Assembly (NCBI GenBank): GCA_963727835.1
Contig: CAVSIB010000026.1
Location: 13,051 to 77,050, forward strand
Direction of reading: 5' to 3'
Source of the DNA: an uncultured delta proteobacterium
GTDB lineage: Bacteria; Desulfobacterota; WTBG01; JAGOGO01
DNA length: 64,000 nt
Part shown: piece after piece, positions 9,219 through 24,932 of the stretch
How the letters are laid out: each line of letters starts with the position of its first letter
How positions within the stretch are numbered: position 1 is the stretch's first letter
Program-made: the position numbers and the translations under genes
Notes under the pieces: model-generated
Seen by the model: the letters and a program-made list of their open reading frames with translations, nothing else
Told to the model about the DNA's origin: nothing
Database searches by the model: none

Positions 9219-10057
9219 TATTTCTTTTTCCCCTCCAGTTCCATACTGATATCTATTGCCCGGAAAGCGCTGGTTAAGGCGCCAATGGAAATAACGTCAA
9301 TTCCGGTTTTTGCTACGGATGCAACCCGTTCCAGGGTTATGCCTCCGGAAGCTTCCACGAGAGCGCGGCCTTTGATTTTTTTGACCGCATGTTTCATATC
9401 TTCTAAAGACATATTGTCCAGCATAATAATATCCGCTTTTGCCTTAAGGGCTTCGTCAACTTGTTCGAGGGTATTGACTTCCACTTCAATTTTAAGCGTC
9501 ACAGGGGCTTTGGATCGGGCAAGCGCTATGGCCCGGGTAATAGATCCCACCGCTTGAATATGGTTATCTTTTATGAGCACCCCATCAAAAAGTCCAAACC
9601 GGTGGTTAAATCCACCACCAACTCGCACCGCTTCTTTCTCAAGCACGCGCCATCCGGGCGTGGTTTTTCGGGTATCTAAGATTTTTATCGGATAACCTTT
9701 TACTTTTTTTGCCACCATGCGCGTGAGCGTAGCAATACCCGAAAGCCGCTGAAGAAAATTTAAGGCGGTCCTTTCCCCGCTGAGCAAAACCCAAAGAGGA
9801 CCTTCAATCTCAGCAATGATATCTCCGGCTTTTACTTCTTCTCCATCTTTAAAAAAAGACGTTATGCTGATTTTTCCATCTAAACGAAAAAACACCCGGG
9901 AAAAGACGCTCAATCCTGCCAGCAGAAAATTTTCTTTGGCCAATACCGTGGCATACCCACGGTCTTTTTCCTTGATCAAACTTTTGGTGGTTATATCGTG
10001 TGGACCAAGGTCTTCTCTTAAGGCCAAATCAATGAGGTTTTCAACTGCTTCGATCAT
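9218..10057 (-). CDS. nadC: Nicotinate-nucleotide diphosphorylase (carboxylating)
   Basis: [45 protein letters not shown]. It overlaps coaX by 1 nt and valS by 4 nt. Confidence 0.9.
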   Translation of the reverse strand: MIEAVENLIDLALREDLGPHDITTKSLIKEKDRGYATVLAKENFLLAGLSVFSRVFFRLDGKISITSFFKDGEEVKAGDIIAEIEGPLWVLLSGERTALNFLQRLSGIATLTRMVAKKVKGYPIKILDTRKTTPGWRVLEKEAVRVGGGFNHRFGLFDGVLIKDNHIQAVGSITRAIALARSKAPVTLKIEVEVNTLEQVDEALKAKADIIMLDNMSLEDMKHAVKKIKGRALVEASGGITLERVASVAKTGIDVISIGALTSAFRAIDISMELEGKKK

Positions 10058-12732
10058 TGCCCGGCACTTCTCATTTCTTGGAGGCGCGCGATGCTTTCTT
10101 CCAATTTTTTCTTTTTCCCCAATAAGACCTGATGCGTTTCTTTCTCCTTTTCCACTACTTCCTTAGGGGCTTTGCTGAGGAAATCTTCATTGGTCAACTT
10201 TTTCTGGACAAAAGCCATTTCCTTCTCCACTTTGAAAATTTCTTTTTTGAGTCTTTTTTCTTCTTCGCCAAAATCAATTAGCCCCTCTAAAGGAATAAAA
10301 ATTTCTACGCCTTTAACTATTGCAGTGGCAGCAGCATGAGGCTTTTTCCTCGAGGTTGAGAACGTCAGGTTCTTTAACAGTGCTAAGGATATTAAATAAT
10401 TCTGATAAGTTTCTAAAAGCCGTGTTGTCTTAACCTCTTCGCAGAAAAGGATAGCTTCAATTTTTTGTGATGGAGGAATATGCATTTCTCCCCGGATATT
10501 ACGTATATGATACACTACCTCTTTAATAATTTCTAGCGCTTCTTCTGCCGGAAGATTAATCAATAAATCATTTTTCTTGGGAAGGGGAGAGATCATGATG
10601 CTTCCTTTATTCCCTGGGAGTTTCTGCCAGATTTCTTCAGTGATGAAAGGCATAAAAGGATGAAGGAGTTTTAGGATAATGTTAAGAACTTCCAATAGAA
10701 TTTGTTGGGTGGCCTTACGCGAAGAGCTTTTGTCATTGGTGTTTGATAGCTCCTGCTTGCTAAATTCTACATACCAATCACAGAACTCGTGCCAAATAAA
10801 TTGGTAGAGGAAACTGGCGGCCTCATTAAACCGATACTCGTCCAAAGCATCCCTTACGTTTTGAATCAGCTGGTTTACGCGGCTTAAGATCCACTTATCC
10901 GCTAAGGAATAATGAGCCGCTAAATTTTCATCGGAAGAATAGTCAGTAAGGTTTAAAAGCACAAACCGGGCAACATTCCAAATCTTATTGGCAAAATGCC
11001 GGTATCCTTCAATGATGTCCTCATCCAGTCGGATGTCCCTTCCTTGGGCGGCCAAGGCAGCTAAAGTAAACCGGAAGGCATCAGTTCCATATTTTTCAAT
11101 CATCACCAAGGGATCAATGACATTTCCGAGTGATTTACTCATTTTTTGACCTTTAGCATCCCTCACCAAGGCATGGATGTACACATCCCGGAAAGGAACC
11201 TCACCCATAAACTTTATTCCCATCATCATCATTCTCGCAACCCAGAAAAAGAGGATATCAAATCCAGTGACCAGAGCTGAGGTGGGATAAAACGTTTCCA
11301 AATCCTTAGATTTCGTTGGCCAGCCGAGGGTGGAGAAAGGCCAAAGCGCAGAACTAAACCACGTATCTAGCACATCTTCTTCTTGCGTGAGGTCTTTGCT
11401 CCCACAGTTTTTGCATGTCTGAGGTTCGCCTGCGAAAACAGTCACTTCCCCGCAAACCCCGCAATACCAGGCAGGAATTCGATGCCCCCACCAAATTTGC
11501 CGCGAGATGCACCAGTCGCGGATATTTTCCATCCACTCAAAATAGGTTTTTTCCCAAACCGAGGGGATGATCCGAGTCCTGCCTTCTTTGACAGCGTCAA
11601 TTGCAGGTTTGGCCAGAGGGGTGGTTTTAACGAACCACTGTTTAGAAAGAAAAGGCTCAATAATCTCGTTGCACCGGTAGCAGTATCCGATATTGTGGAC
11701 ATAGGTTTCGACTTTTTTCACGAGTTTCTGAGCGGTTAAATCTTCAACGACTTTTTCCCGGCAGGCAAAGCGCTCTAAGCCTTCATAGGGACCAGCATTT
11801 TTATTCATCCGGCCAGACTCATCCATCACCTTGATTATTGGCAGTTTGTGTCGTGAAGACACTTCGAAATCATTAGGGTCATGGGCAGGGGTGATTTTCA
11901 GAGCGCCAGTTCCAAAACTTTTATCAACGTACTCGTCCCCAATAACGGGAATAGCCCGATCCACTAAGGGTAAAAGCACTTCTTTGCCGATCAAATTTCG
12001 ATACCGTTCATCGTCAGGATTGACAGCTACCGCGGTATCGCCCAACATGGTTTCCGGCCGGGTCGTTGCCACAATAAGGGTCTTTTTCCCTTTTTTTAAA
12101 GGGTAATGAATAAAATAGAATTTTCCTTGCGTTTCTTTATATTCGACCTCAAGATCAGAAAGGGCGGTATGACAACGAGGACACCAGTTGATGATATAGT
12201 CTCCTCGGTAAATAAGGCCTTCCTCATACAGGCGAACAAAAACTTCCCGGACTGCCCGACTGAGGCCCTCATCCATGGTAAACCTTTCCCGAACCCAGTC
12301 GCACGATGCGCCTAATCGTTTTAATTGTCCGATAATAATCCCCCCGTGTTCTTTTTTCCATTGCCAGACCCGCTCAATAAACTTTTCCCGCCCCAGGCTT
12401 TTTCGAGTCTTTTTCCCTTTTGCCAGCTCTTTTTCCACCACGTATTGTGTGGCAATGCCAGCATGGTCGGTTCCGGGAAGCCAAAGAGTATTTTCCCCGT
12501 CCATCCGATGGAACCGAACGAGGATATCTTGGAGGGTGTTATTTAAAGCATGTCCCATATGAAGAGACCCCGTGACATTGGGGGGAGGGATCACAATGGA
12601 ATACGGTTTAGAGGAGGATTGTTCGTTGGCGTGGAAAAACCCCTCATTATCCCAGTGGGTATACCACTTTTGCTCGATCGGATGTGGGTCATAGGTTTTT
12701 GGTAGTGAAAAATCATCCATAGCTTTTTTCAA
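10054..12732 (-). CDS. valS: Valine--tRNA ligase
   Basis: 892 aa with PPPNVTGSLHMGHA (HIGH), KMSKSLGN (KMSKS) and a C-terminal coiled coil. Confidence 0.97.
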   Translation of the reverse strand: MKKAMDDFSLPKTYDPHPIEQKWYTHWDNEGFFHANEQSSSKPYSIVIPPPNVTGSLHMGHALNNTLQDILVRFHRMDGENTLWLPGTDHAGIATQYVVEKELAKGKKTRKSLGREKFIERVWQWKKEHGGIIIGQLKRLGASCDWVRERFTMDEGLSRAVREVFVRLYEEGLIYRGDYIINWCPRCHTALSDLEVEYKETQGKFYFIHYPLKKGKKTLIVATTRPETMLGDTAVAVNPDDERYRNLIGKEVLLPLVDRAIPVIGDEYVDKSFGTGALKITPAHDPNDFEVSSRHKLPIIKVMDESGRMNKNAGPYEGLERFACREKVVEDLTAQKLVKKVETYVHNIGYCYRCNEIIEPFLSKQWFVKTTPLAKPAIDAVKEGRTRIIPSVWEKTYFEWMENIRDWCISRQIWWGHRIPAWYCGVCGEVTVFAGEPQTCKNCGSKDLTQEEDVLDTWFSSALWPFSTLGWPTKSKDLETFYPTSALVTGFDILFFWVARMMMMGIKFMGEVPFRDVYIHALVRDAKGQKMSKSLGNVIDPLVMIEKYGTDAFRFTLAALAAQGRDIRLDEDIIEGYRHFANKIWNVARFVLLNLTDYSSDENLAAHYSLADKWILSRVNQLIQNVRDALDEYRFNEAASFLYQFIWHEFCDWYVEFSKQELSNTNDKSSSRKATQQILLEVLNIILKLLHPFMPFITEEIWQKLPGNKGSIMISPLPKKNDLLINLPAEEALEIIKEVVYHIRNIRGEMHIPPSQKIEAILFCEEVKTTRLLETYQNYLISLALLKNLTFSTSRKKPHAAATAIVKGVEIFIPLEGLIDFGEEEKRLKKEIFKVEKEMAFVQKKLTNEDFLSKAPKEVVEKEKETHQVLLGKKKKLEESIARLQEMRSAGQ

Positions 12733-13111
12733 TTACAGCCGCAAAAATAAATTAAAAATTTAAAAGGAGATTGTAATCGTACCCATAACCCCCAACTTTT
12801 CTATCCAAAGACGATAATCTTAAGCAAAAAAGAAAAGGCGCAAGCGTTCGTTGCAGGTAATGGCTACCACAATGCCCATCAGGTGTCAAGTGGTTTTGGC
12901 TCTCTCCGCATTCTTCTTGATAGGGGTTAGACTATTATTATTCTTGATGTAAGGTTTCCGGGAAAAAGGGGGATTTTTTTTCGATCAAAGCTTTCAAGTA
13001 GCGAGAAAGTAATAAAAAAATAATTTTCCATAACAAAAAAGGATAGTGGGCATATTTTTCTTTGTATTTTTATACTTGCTTATTATAAAAAAACGAGTAA
13101 ACTCCTAATTA

Positions 13112-13138
13112 TTAGCACTCAAAAAAGGAGAGTGCTAA
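13112..13138 (+). promoter_or_regulatory. CIRCE operator (HrcA binding site)
   Basis: TTAGCACTC-N9-GAGTGCTAA, a perfect match to the consensus, 157 nt upstream of groES. Confidence 0.9.
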
Positions 13139-13189
13139 TTTGTTTTTTAAAAAAATCAAAAAGTTATAAAATTTTTTCTGGGTAAGGAC

Positions 13190-13218
13190 TTGACAAATAA
13201 AAAATAGGCTTTATTAAT
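13190..13218 (+). promoter_or_regulatory. Sigma70-like promoter candidate for groES-groEL
   Basis: TTGACA (13190-13195), 16-17 nt spacer, TATTAAT (13212-13218). Confidence 0.45.
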
Positions 13219-13294
13219 CTGACACCGAAAAAGTACCTTTCAAAACCATTCCTTTTTAACTCTAAACAACAAATCATAAGGAGGTATTTTAGCC

Positions 13295-13585
13295 ATGAAG
13301 ATTAGACCGTTACAAGATCGAGTTATCGTAAAGCGGGTTGAAGAAGAGGAGAAAACAAAAGGCGGTATTATTATTCCGGATACAGCCAAGGAAAAACCCC
13401 AAGAGGGTCAAATAATTGCCGTGGGACCGGGTAAAGTTACTGATGATGGGAAAAAAATCCCGATGGAGGTGAAGGCAGGAGACCGGGTTCTTTTTGGTAA
13501 ATATTCTGGCTCCGAAATTAAGATGGATGGTGAAGAGCATTTGATTATGCGCGAAGATGATATTCTTGGAATCATTGAAAAATAA
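13295..13585 (+). CDS. groES: Co-chaperonin GroES
   Basis: [14 protein letters not shown]...[13 protein letters not shown]; SD AAGGAGG upstream. Confidence 0.97.
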   Translation: MKIRPLQDRVIVKRVEEEEKTKGGIIIPDTAKEKPQEGQIIAVGPGKVTDDGKKIPMEVKAGDRVLFGKYSGSEIKMDGEEHLIMREDDILGIIEK

Positions 13586-13609
13586 ACCTAATGAACTAAT
13601 GAACTATAG

Positions 13610-15262
<1,653 letters not shown>

Positions 15263-15278
15263 AATTCATCGCGCAAAC

Positions 15279-15314
15279 AAAAAAGGCCCTCATAAAGAGG
15301 GCCTTTTTTGTTTT
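15279..15314. terminator. Bidirectional rho-independent terminator between groEL (+) and ssb (-)
   Basis: AAAAAAGGCCCTC-ATAAA-GAGGGCCTTTTTTGTTTT. A 7-bp GC stem is flanked by an A-run and a T-run. Confidence 0.7.
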
Positions 15315-15330
15315 ATTCTCAAGGCATTTT

Positions 15331-15738
15331 TTAAAAAGGGATATCATCATCTTTTGCGGGTTCCTCTGCATAAGAAGGTTCTTCTTTGCCAGGCGCCTTT
15401 CCTCCTCCTGCTGAGCCCAACATCTGCATTACCGTGGCGATTATTTCCGTGGTCGTTCTCTGGTTTTTATCCCGGTCTTCCCAGGTGCGGGTTTGAAGTC
15501 TTCCTTCGATATAAACCTGTTTGCCCTTGGCCAAATATTCTCCGCATATTTCTCCGAGTTTTCCAAAAGCCACAATGCGGTGCCATTCGGTGCGTTCTTC
15601 TTTCTCTCCGTTCGGATTAGTCCATTTTTCGCTGGTGGCGATTCTGAAATTTGCTACCGCGGTTCCGTTGCTGGTATACCGGATTTCAGGGTCAGCGCCT
15701 AGGCGGCCAAGCAAAATTGCTTTATTTACTCCTGCCAT
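15331..15738 (-). CDS. ssb: Single-stranded DNA-binding protein
   Basis: [22 protein letters not shown]..., [11 protein letters not shown], acidic tail DDDIPF. Confidence 0.95.
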   Translation of the reverse strand: MAGVNKAILLGRLGADPEIRYTSNGTAVANFRIATSEKWTNPNGEKEERTEWHRIVAFGKLGEICGEYLAKGKQVYIEGRLQTRTWEDRDKNQRTTTEIIATVMQMLGSAGGGKAPGKEEPSYAEEPAKDDDIPF

Positions 15739-16178
15739 TATACCCTCCGTTTTGATAGATTTCTGAAATTAGGGATAATTCTAACAGGGACTAAAAAAAA
15801 ATCAAGCTTGCTATCCTTGAGGAGCTTATCGGATTTTTGTGTTCGGCAAAGAAAGGGGATATGATCTTTTAAAGAGGGCAATAAATACACTCTATCCTCT
15901 TAACACACTTTTGCTTTTCTGTTGACTTTTTCCCTGTTAGGATTAAAAAGGTAAAAAATATCAAACCCCAAACGAGTTAATCGAGGGACAGAAAAAAGGG
16001 AGTGTCTCATGGGAAGGTTTTTAAACAATCATGGTGGCTTAAAGCGACAAACAAATACCCCCCCCTCGTCTTCTGTCACGTTCGATGGGTCTATCGCACG
16101 CTGAGAAGCCTTGCAAGGGTCTTCAATTAAAAAGTATTCTACTGAAACCTCTCCCCCAAAAAATGGATAGTTTTATAT

Positions 16179-18611
16179 TTAATCTTTTTCCGCCAGCCGG
16201 GCTACGCCCACCACTTTTTCCTCTGACTCAAGCGTAATCAGGCGAACGCCTTTGGTGTTTCTGCCGATGATAGGAATGCCGTTGGCTCCAATGCGGATCA
16301 GCCTTCCTCGGTTATTGATCAAGATAAGGTCATCTTCGTCAGTGACTTGTTTAATTCCCGCCACATTGCCATTTCGAGGTGTGGTTTGGATATTAATAAT
16401 GCCGCTCCCGCCTCTGCCCTGGGCCCGGTATTCAGCAATGTTCGTTCGCTTCCCATACCCATTTTCCGTGACCGTGAGGATGGTAAACCCGTCATTGCCC
16501 GAGGATACGATCTCCATTCCCACCACCGAATCACCGGAAGCCAACTCAACCCCCTTGACCCCCCGAGTCACCCGTCCCAGGCGCCGTGCCTGATTTTCCG
16601 GGAAACGTATTGACTTTCCTTTCTCGGAGCAAAGGAGAATATCTTGTTTGCCATCAGTTAAAGCAGCAGCGATGAGTTCATCTCCCTCATCAAGATCAAG
16701 CCCGATAATCCCATCCCGTCGAGGCTTGCTATAATCCATAAGAGAAGACTTTTTAATGACCCCTTTTCTCGTGGCCATGACAATAAACTTTTCTTCCCCA
16801 AATTCCTTCACGGAAAGAAAAGCAGAAATTTTTTCTCCTGGTGGAAGCTCAAGAAGATTCACTAACGCCTTCCCCTTGGTGGCTCGTCCTGATTCTGGTA
16901 CTTGATGAACTTTAAGCCAATATACCCGGCCCGAGGAGGTGAAAAAGAGGATATAGCTATGGGTTGAAGCCACAAAAATGTGTTCAACAAAATCGTCTTC
17001 TTTGGTAACCATGCCGGAACTCCCCTTCCCTCCCCGCTGCTGGCTTCGATAAAGACTCACCGGGCTTCGTTTGATATACCCAGAATGGGTTATGGAAACC
17101 ACCATGTCTTCCTCAACAATCATGTCTTCCACGTCGATCTCTGCGGCCTCTTCAACGATCTCGGTCCGGCGGGAGTCGCCGTATTTCTTTTTAATCTCAT
17201 GAAGCTCCTCAATAATAATTTCCAAGATCAATCTTTCGTTCGCCAAAATTTGTTTATACCGCTCAATCTGTTTGAGCAACTCCTGATATTCTTCCATGAT
17301 TTTTCCCCGTTCCAGGGCGGTGAGCCTCTGGAGGCGCATGTCTAAGATTGCCTGGGCTTGAACTTCAGTAAAATCAAAGGTGGAGATAAGGTTGGCCTTG
17401 GCTTCGCTCGGACTGCCTGACTTTCGAATCAAAGAAATTACTGCATCCAAATGATCAAGCGCTTTTTTAAGGCCCTCTAAAATATTGGCTCGCTCCTCAG
17501 CCTTCCGGAGCTCAAAAGCAGTCCGGCGATGTACTACTTCCTTCCGGTACTGGATAAATTGTTCCAGCACGTCCTTTAAGGTAAGAAGCTTTGGCTGACT
17601 ACGGACAATAGCAAGCATAATCACCCCAAAGGTGATCTGCATCTGGGTATGCTGGTAAAGCTGATTAAGCACCACTTGGGCAATCGCATCTTTTTTCAGT
17701 TCGATTACCACTCTGACTCCATGGCGATCAGATTCATCCCTGAGGTCTGCAATCCCGGTAATCTTTTTATCCCGTATCAATTCGGCAATTTTTTCCAGAA
17801 GTCTGCCTTTATTTACTTGGTAGGGAAGCTCTGAGACCACAATGCTTTCGCGGTCTCCCCGCTTCCTTTCAATAAAAGCCCGGGCCCGAAGCCGGATGAT
17901 GCCTTTGCCCGTGGAATAAGCTGATTTAATTCCTTCCCTCCCATAAATAAAGGCCCCGGAGGGAAAATCCGGCCCAATCACATACTCCATCAACCCGGCA
18001 ATGGAAATATTCGGATCCTTGATTAAGGCAATAAGGGCATCAGTTACTTCAGAGAGGTTATGGGGTGGAATATTGGTAGCCATTCCAACCGCTATTCCTG
18101 ATGAACCATTGATAATGAGCTGGGGAATGCGGGTGGGAAGGACTATGGGTTCCTGCAAAGTTTCATCGTAGTTTGGGGAAAATTCAACGGTCTCCTTGTC
18201 AAGATCTTGGAGCATCTCGCCCGCTAATGGCGACATCCTTATTTCCGTGTACCTCATGGCGGCCGCAGAGTCTCCATCAATGGAGCCAAAGTTTCCCTGG
18301 CCATCAACTAGGGGATACCGAAGAGAGAAATCTTGGGCGAGCCGCACAATGCTATCATATGCTGCGGCATCGCCGTGGGGATGGTATTTTCCGATTACAT
18401 CACCCACGATTCGAGCAGACTTTTTGTAGGGCTTGTTCCAGGTATTTCCGGTATCATGCATAGCGAAGAGAATTCTTCGGTGAACCGGCTTGAGGCCATC
18501 GCGCACATCCGGCAGAGCCCGCCCGATGATAACGCTCATGGCATAGTCCATGTAGGATCGTCTCATTTCATCTTCAATATTGACCGGGATCTTTCGCTGA
18601 TTGATGAACAT
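16179..18611 (-). CDS. gyrA: DNA gyrase subunit A
   Basis: 810 aa with [27 protein letters not shown] and C-terminal beta-pinwheel repeats. Confidence 0.98.
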   Translation of the reverse strand: MFINQRKIPVNIEDEMRRSYMDYAMSVIIGRALPDVRDGLKPVHRRILFAMHDTGNTWNKPYKKSARIVGDVIGKYHPHGDAAAYDSIVRLAQDFSLRYPLVDGQGNFGSIDGDSAAAMRYTEIRMSPLAGEMLQDLDKETVEFSPNYDETLQEPIVLPTRIPQLIINGSSGIAVGMATNIPPHNLSEVTDALIALIKDPNISIAGLMEYVIGPDFPSGAFIYGREGIKSAYSTGKGIIRLRARAFIERKRGDRESIVVSELPYQVNKGRLLEKIAELIRDKKITGIADLRDESDRHGVRVVIELKKDAIAQVVLNQLYQHTQMQITFGVIMLAIVRSQPKLLTLKDVLEQFIQYRKEVVHRRTAFELRKAEERANILEGLKKALDHLDAVISLIRKSGSPSEAKANLISTFDFTEVQAQAILDMRLQRLTALERGKIMEEYQELLKQIERYKQILANERLILEIIIEELHEIKKKYGDSRRTEIVEEAAEIDVEDMIVEEDMVVSITHSGYIKRSPVSLYRSQQRGGKGSSGMVTKEDDFVEHIFVASTHSYILFFTSSGRVYWLKVHQVPESGRATKGKALVNLLELPPGEKISAFLSVKEFGEEKFIVMATRKGVIKKSSLMDYSKPRRDGIIGLDLDEGDELIAAALTDGKQDILLCSEKGKSIRFPENQARRLGRVTRGVKGVELASGDSVVGMEIVSSGNDGFTILTVTENGYGKRTNIAEYRAQGRGGSGIINIQTTPRNGNVAGIKQVTDEDDLILINNRGRLIRIGANGIPIIGRNTKGVRLITLESEEKVVGVARLAEKD

Positions 18612-18768
18612 TAAAAATTTCTCCTTAAAGAATTTCAGGTTTCATATTTCTGGCTTTTAGACCTTAGGGAAAAGGGCAAGAAGGCAAAAAAAGTTTTTCT
18701 AAAGACGGACTTTTGATTTTTTCCTTCCGCAATCAAAAATCAGCACTCTTTTGATTTGCAAAAATACT

Positions 18769-22067
<3,299 letters not shown>

Positions 22068-22075
<8 letters not shown>

Positions 22076-22844
22076 GGGGATTTCTCCTTTTCTGGATAAT
22101 CTCTCGAGCCAACTCTAAATAACATTGCGCCCCTCGAGAATTTTTATCATAAAAGTATGCTGGCTTCCCAAAACTGGGGGACTCGCTTAGACGAACATTT
22201 CGGGGAATAATAACCGTGAACACCCGATCATTAAAATGGTTGCGGATATCTTGGACAATAAGATGGGAAAGCTTGTTCCTCACATCAAACATGGTAAGCA
22301 GTATCCCTTCCATAGCCAAGCCTGGGTTGAGCACTTTTTTTACTCGCCGCAAGGTTTCGAAAAGGTGAGCGAGTCCCTCCAAAGAATAATATTCACACTG
22401 AACCGGAACGAGAACCGAATCCGCGGCAGTTAAAGCATTTAAGGTCAAAAACCCTAAGGAGGGCGGACAGTCAATCAGGATATAGTCGAATTCTGAGCGA
22501 ACCGGTTCAATGAGGTTGCGGAGCCTTCCTTCTCGATTAGGTAAATTTACGAGTTCTACTTCTGCGCCGAAAAGGTCAAGGTGAGAGGGGATAACTTGTA
22601 AGCACGACACCTCGGTGGAATAAATTACTTCTTCAACCTTAAGGCCATCAAGGATAGCGTGGTAAAGATTGTTTTTGATTTTGTCTTTACTTAAGCCCAC
22701 GCCGCTCGATGCATTCCCCTGAGGGTCAGCATCAAGTAAAAGGATACTTTTTTTACTCAACGCCAGAGAGGCTGCTAAGTTTATCGCGGTTGTTGTTTTA
22801 CCAACCCCACCTTTTTGATTGGCAATACAAATTACTCTCGCCAT
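22068..22844 (-). CDS. parA: Chromosome partitioning ATPase ParA/Soj
   Basis: MARVICIANQKGGVGKTTTAINLA (deviant Walker A). AAGGA lies 4 nt upstream of ATG 22844. The ORF track start at 22883 adds 13 unlikely residues. Confidence 0.92.
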
Positions 22845-23182
22845 TTTTCCTTGTAATTTAATTGTTGCGGAGGCAAAGGACAAATGAACAAAATGGACTG
22901 TTGCTTTTTGTATTTTTTAGAGAAAGTGCCATGTCCTTTTTCTAAAAAGTAATCCCTATTAAAAGGTAAGGAGGGAAAAGCATCGTTTTTATTTTGTCCG
23001 CAGCTTACCATCAAATAAAACTAATAGTTACAATTATTTGCAAGAACAGTTTTTTTTTGAAAAACCAATTGGGACTTTTATAAAAAAATATCACATTTTG
23101 GAGAAATTCGGAAGAAAATTTATCAAAATTAGCAAATAAAAACCCCCGGCCTTTAATTGTATCTTTTGGCCCAATGGTTGTA

Positions 23183-23198
23183 TGTTTCACGTGAAACT
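23183..23198. promoter_or_regulatory. parS centromere-like site
   Basis: TGTTTCACGTGAAACT, 15/16 match to TGTTNCACGTGAAACA. The core GTTTCACGTGAAAC is a perfect 14-bp palindrome, upstream of parAB. Confidence 0.85.
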
Positions 23199-23207
23199 TT
23201 ACAGTGA

Positions 23208-23855
23208 TTATCCAAAGACGATGATAGCCCGTTGTTTGTTGGTAAAAGGGAGGACAAACTCCTTAAGCTGTTTTAGGGATATGCCCCAGTGGGGAAGCTG
23301 GGGTTCGACTGCCTTTAACTCATTTAAAAAATTAGGCCCTTTCATGGCGATAACGATTCCTTGTGGACTCCTGAGGGCTAACGCGAAAGGTAAAAACTTT
23401 TCTAGCGAGGAAAAAGCCCTCCCGATGCAGACATCATACCGATTATCTGAAAAATCATGGTGTTCTAATCGCTTCTGAAGGACAACAACGCCACGTAAGT
23501 TAAGCGATCTAACCAGATAACGTAAAAACAGGACCTTTTTTAAAGAAGAATCCACCAAGGTAACAAAAAGATCAGGCCTGATGATTTTTAAAGGAAGGCC
23601 AGGAAATCCTCCGCCAGAGCCTAAATCGATTAAACTGCTCTTCAAGGGAATAAACCTCTCCGGGATGAGGGAATCAATGAAGTGCTCAATAAAAACCTTT
23701 TTTCTTTCAGTTATCCGGGTAAGGTTTATTTTTTTATTCCACGCGATGAGTTCTTGATAATACGTTTCGAATTGTAGGCCAGCTTCTTCCGAGAGAGGAA
23801 TGTTTAACTTTTTGGAGGCTTGGAAAAAAAAATCCAGAAGGGTATTTTTTGACAC
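23208..23855 (-). CDS. rsmG: 16S rRNA (guanine527-N7)-methyltransferase RsmG/GidB
   Basis: WNKKINLT, LIDLGSGGGFPGLPLKI, typical gidB-parA-parB synteny. Confidence 0.9.
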   Translation of the reverse strand: MSKNTLLDFFFQASKKLNIPLSEEAGLQFETYYQELIAWNKKINLTRITERKKVFIEHFIDSLIPERFIPLKSSLIDLGSGGGFPGLPLKIIRPDLFVTLVDSSLKKVLFLRYLVRSLNLRGVVVLQKRLEHHDFSDNRYDVCIGRAFSSLEKFLPFALALRSPQGIVIAMKGPNFLNELKAVEPQLPHWGISLKQLKEFVLPFTNKQRAIIVFG

Positions 23856-23874
23856 AAAAGCTTAGATAAAAAGT

Positions 23875-24828
23875 TTATTGGTTAAATTTTATGTCAATAT
23901 AAGCGTTAGTTCGGAGTTCTTGTAACCATTCTTGGAGTTTGCCTTCCATTTTTTGTTGGAAAAGGTAATTTGATATTGCCTCATGGGCTTCCTCAAATTT
24001 TTTCGTTTTTTCCTCAGAGCGCTCCAAGACTCGAATAATGCAGTATCCTTTGTCGGTACTAATAACCTTACTTATTTCGCCCGGTTTTAAGGTGAAAGCT
24101 TCCTGATCAAGAGTACTCATCAATTCCCCTTTTTTATACATACCAACATCACACGAGGTGTTATTTTCAGGAAGATTCAATTTCTGGGCAACCTTTTGAA
24201 AATCTTCTCCGGATTTTATCTTCTTTAATGATTCCTCAGCGCTTTGTGAGGCCGCTTTTTTCTTTTCCGGGGTTGCCTGATCCGGAACAGGGAAGAATAT
24301 CTGTTCAAGTTTTACTTGGGCAGGTTCGAAAAAATCATTAGGATGTTTTTGATAGTAGTCCTTAATTTCTTTTTCGCTTACACTTATCTGTGAGCGAATA
24401 GTTTGAGTAATAACTTGGTTGCGTCGAATTCCATCGCGGATTTCATTACGGTATTCCCCCCAGGTAATCCCCTGTTGCCGTAATGCATCTTTGAGTTGAT
24501 CATCGGTTATTTTATTATTCTCTTTAAAGCCCTTTATCATCGCATCGATTTCTTTTTCGCCGACCTTTGTTGGCATATCTTTGGTTGCCTGATCAATGAG
24601 CTTTTGATCAATCAATTTTTCAAGCACCTCGCGATAACGGGAGGGATCAGCGTTGGAAAAATATACTTGGGCTACCCGGAGAAGTTCAGAAAGGGTAATG
24701 ACCTCATTATTAACAACCGCAACGACTTCATCAACGACCTCTGCCCTAGCAGAGAAAGAAAGCATCATTAAAACAATACTTAAGAAAAAAATATAGCCAC
24801 CAACTTGATAGTTTTTTAGATTAAACAT
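23875..24828 (-). CDS. Periplasmic peptidyl-prolyl isomerase, SurA N-domain + parvulin domain
   Basis: Signal-anchor N-terminus, VVAVVNNEVITLSEL, and a parvulin block V..EQIFF...GDFQKVAQK...G..KKGEL...AF.LKPGEIS.VI.T..GY.IIRV. Confidence 0.8.
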   Translation of the reverse strand: MFNLKNYQVGGYIFFLSIVLMMLSFSARAEVVDEVVAVVNNEVITLSELLRVAQVYFSNADPSRYREVLEKLIDQKLIDQATKDMPTKVGEKEIDAMIKGFKENNKITDDQLKDALRQQGITWGEYRNEIRDGIRRNQVITQTIRSQISVSEKEIKDYYQKHPNDFFEPAQVKLEQIFFPVPDQATPEKKKAASQSAEESLKKIKSGEDFQKVAQKLNLPENNTSCDVGMYKKGELMSTLDQEAFTLKPGEISKVISTDKGYCIIRVLERSEEKTKKFEEAHEAISNYLFQQKMEGKLQEWLQELRTNAYIDIKFNQ

Positions 24829-24932
24829 ATTGCAGCAAGAAAAAGTTTAAATTTTTATTAAGTATTTGGTTTCGCTCTTATAAATTGACCGGCGTAGTAC
24901 TTTTAAAGTTTAATTTAAATCATTTATTCGTT

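Noticed and set aside
12802-12815. The exact 14-nt repeat TATCCAAAGACGAT shared with 23209-23222.
   Set aside because: Several chance 14-mer matches are expected in a 64-kb window on two strands. The flanks are not similar, and one copy is inside rsmG coding sequence.
12733-13000. A T-box or other leader riboswitch upstream of valS (minus strand).
   Set aside because: I found no T-box sequence (AAnnnGGGTGGTACCGCG-like), no specifier/antiterminator arrangement and no obvious terminator hairpin in the reverse complement.
22884-23207. oriC in the parA-rsmG spacer, and likewise in the 45507-46285 AT-rich gap.
   Set aside because: Only isolated degenerate DnaA-box-like 9-mers are present (for example TTATCCAAA at 23208-23216). 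dnaA and dnaN are not adjacent and there is no clear box cluster. I cannot support an origin call without skew data.
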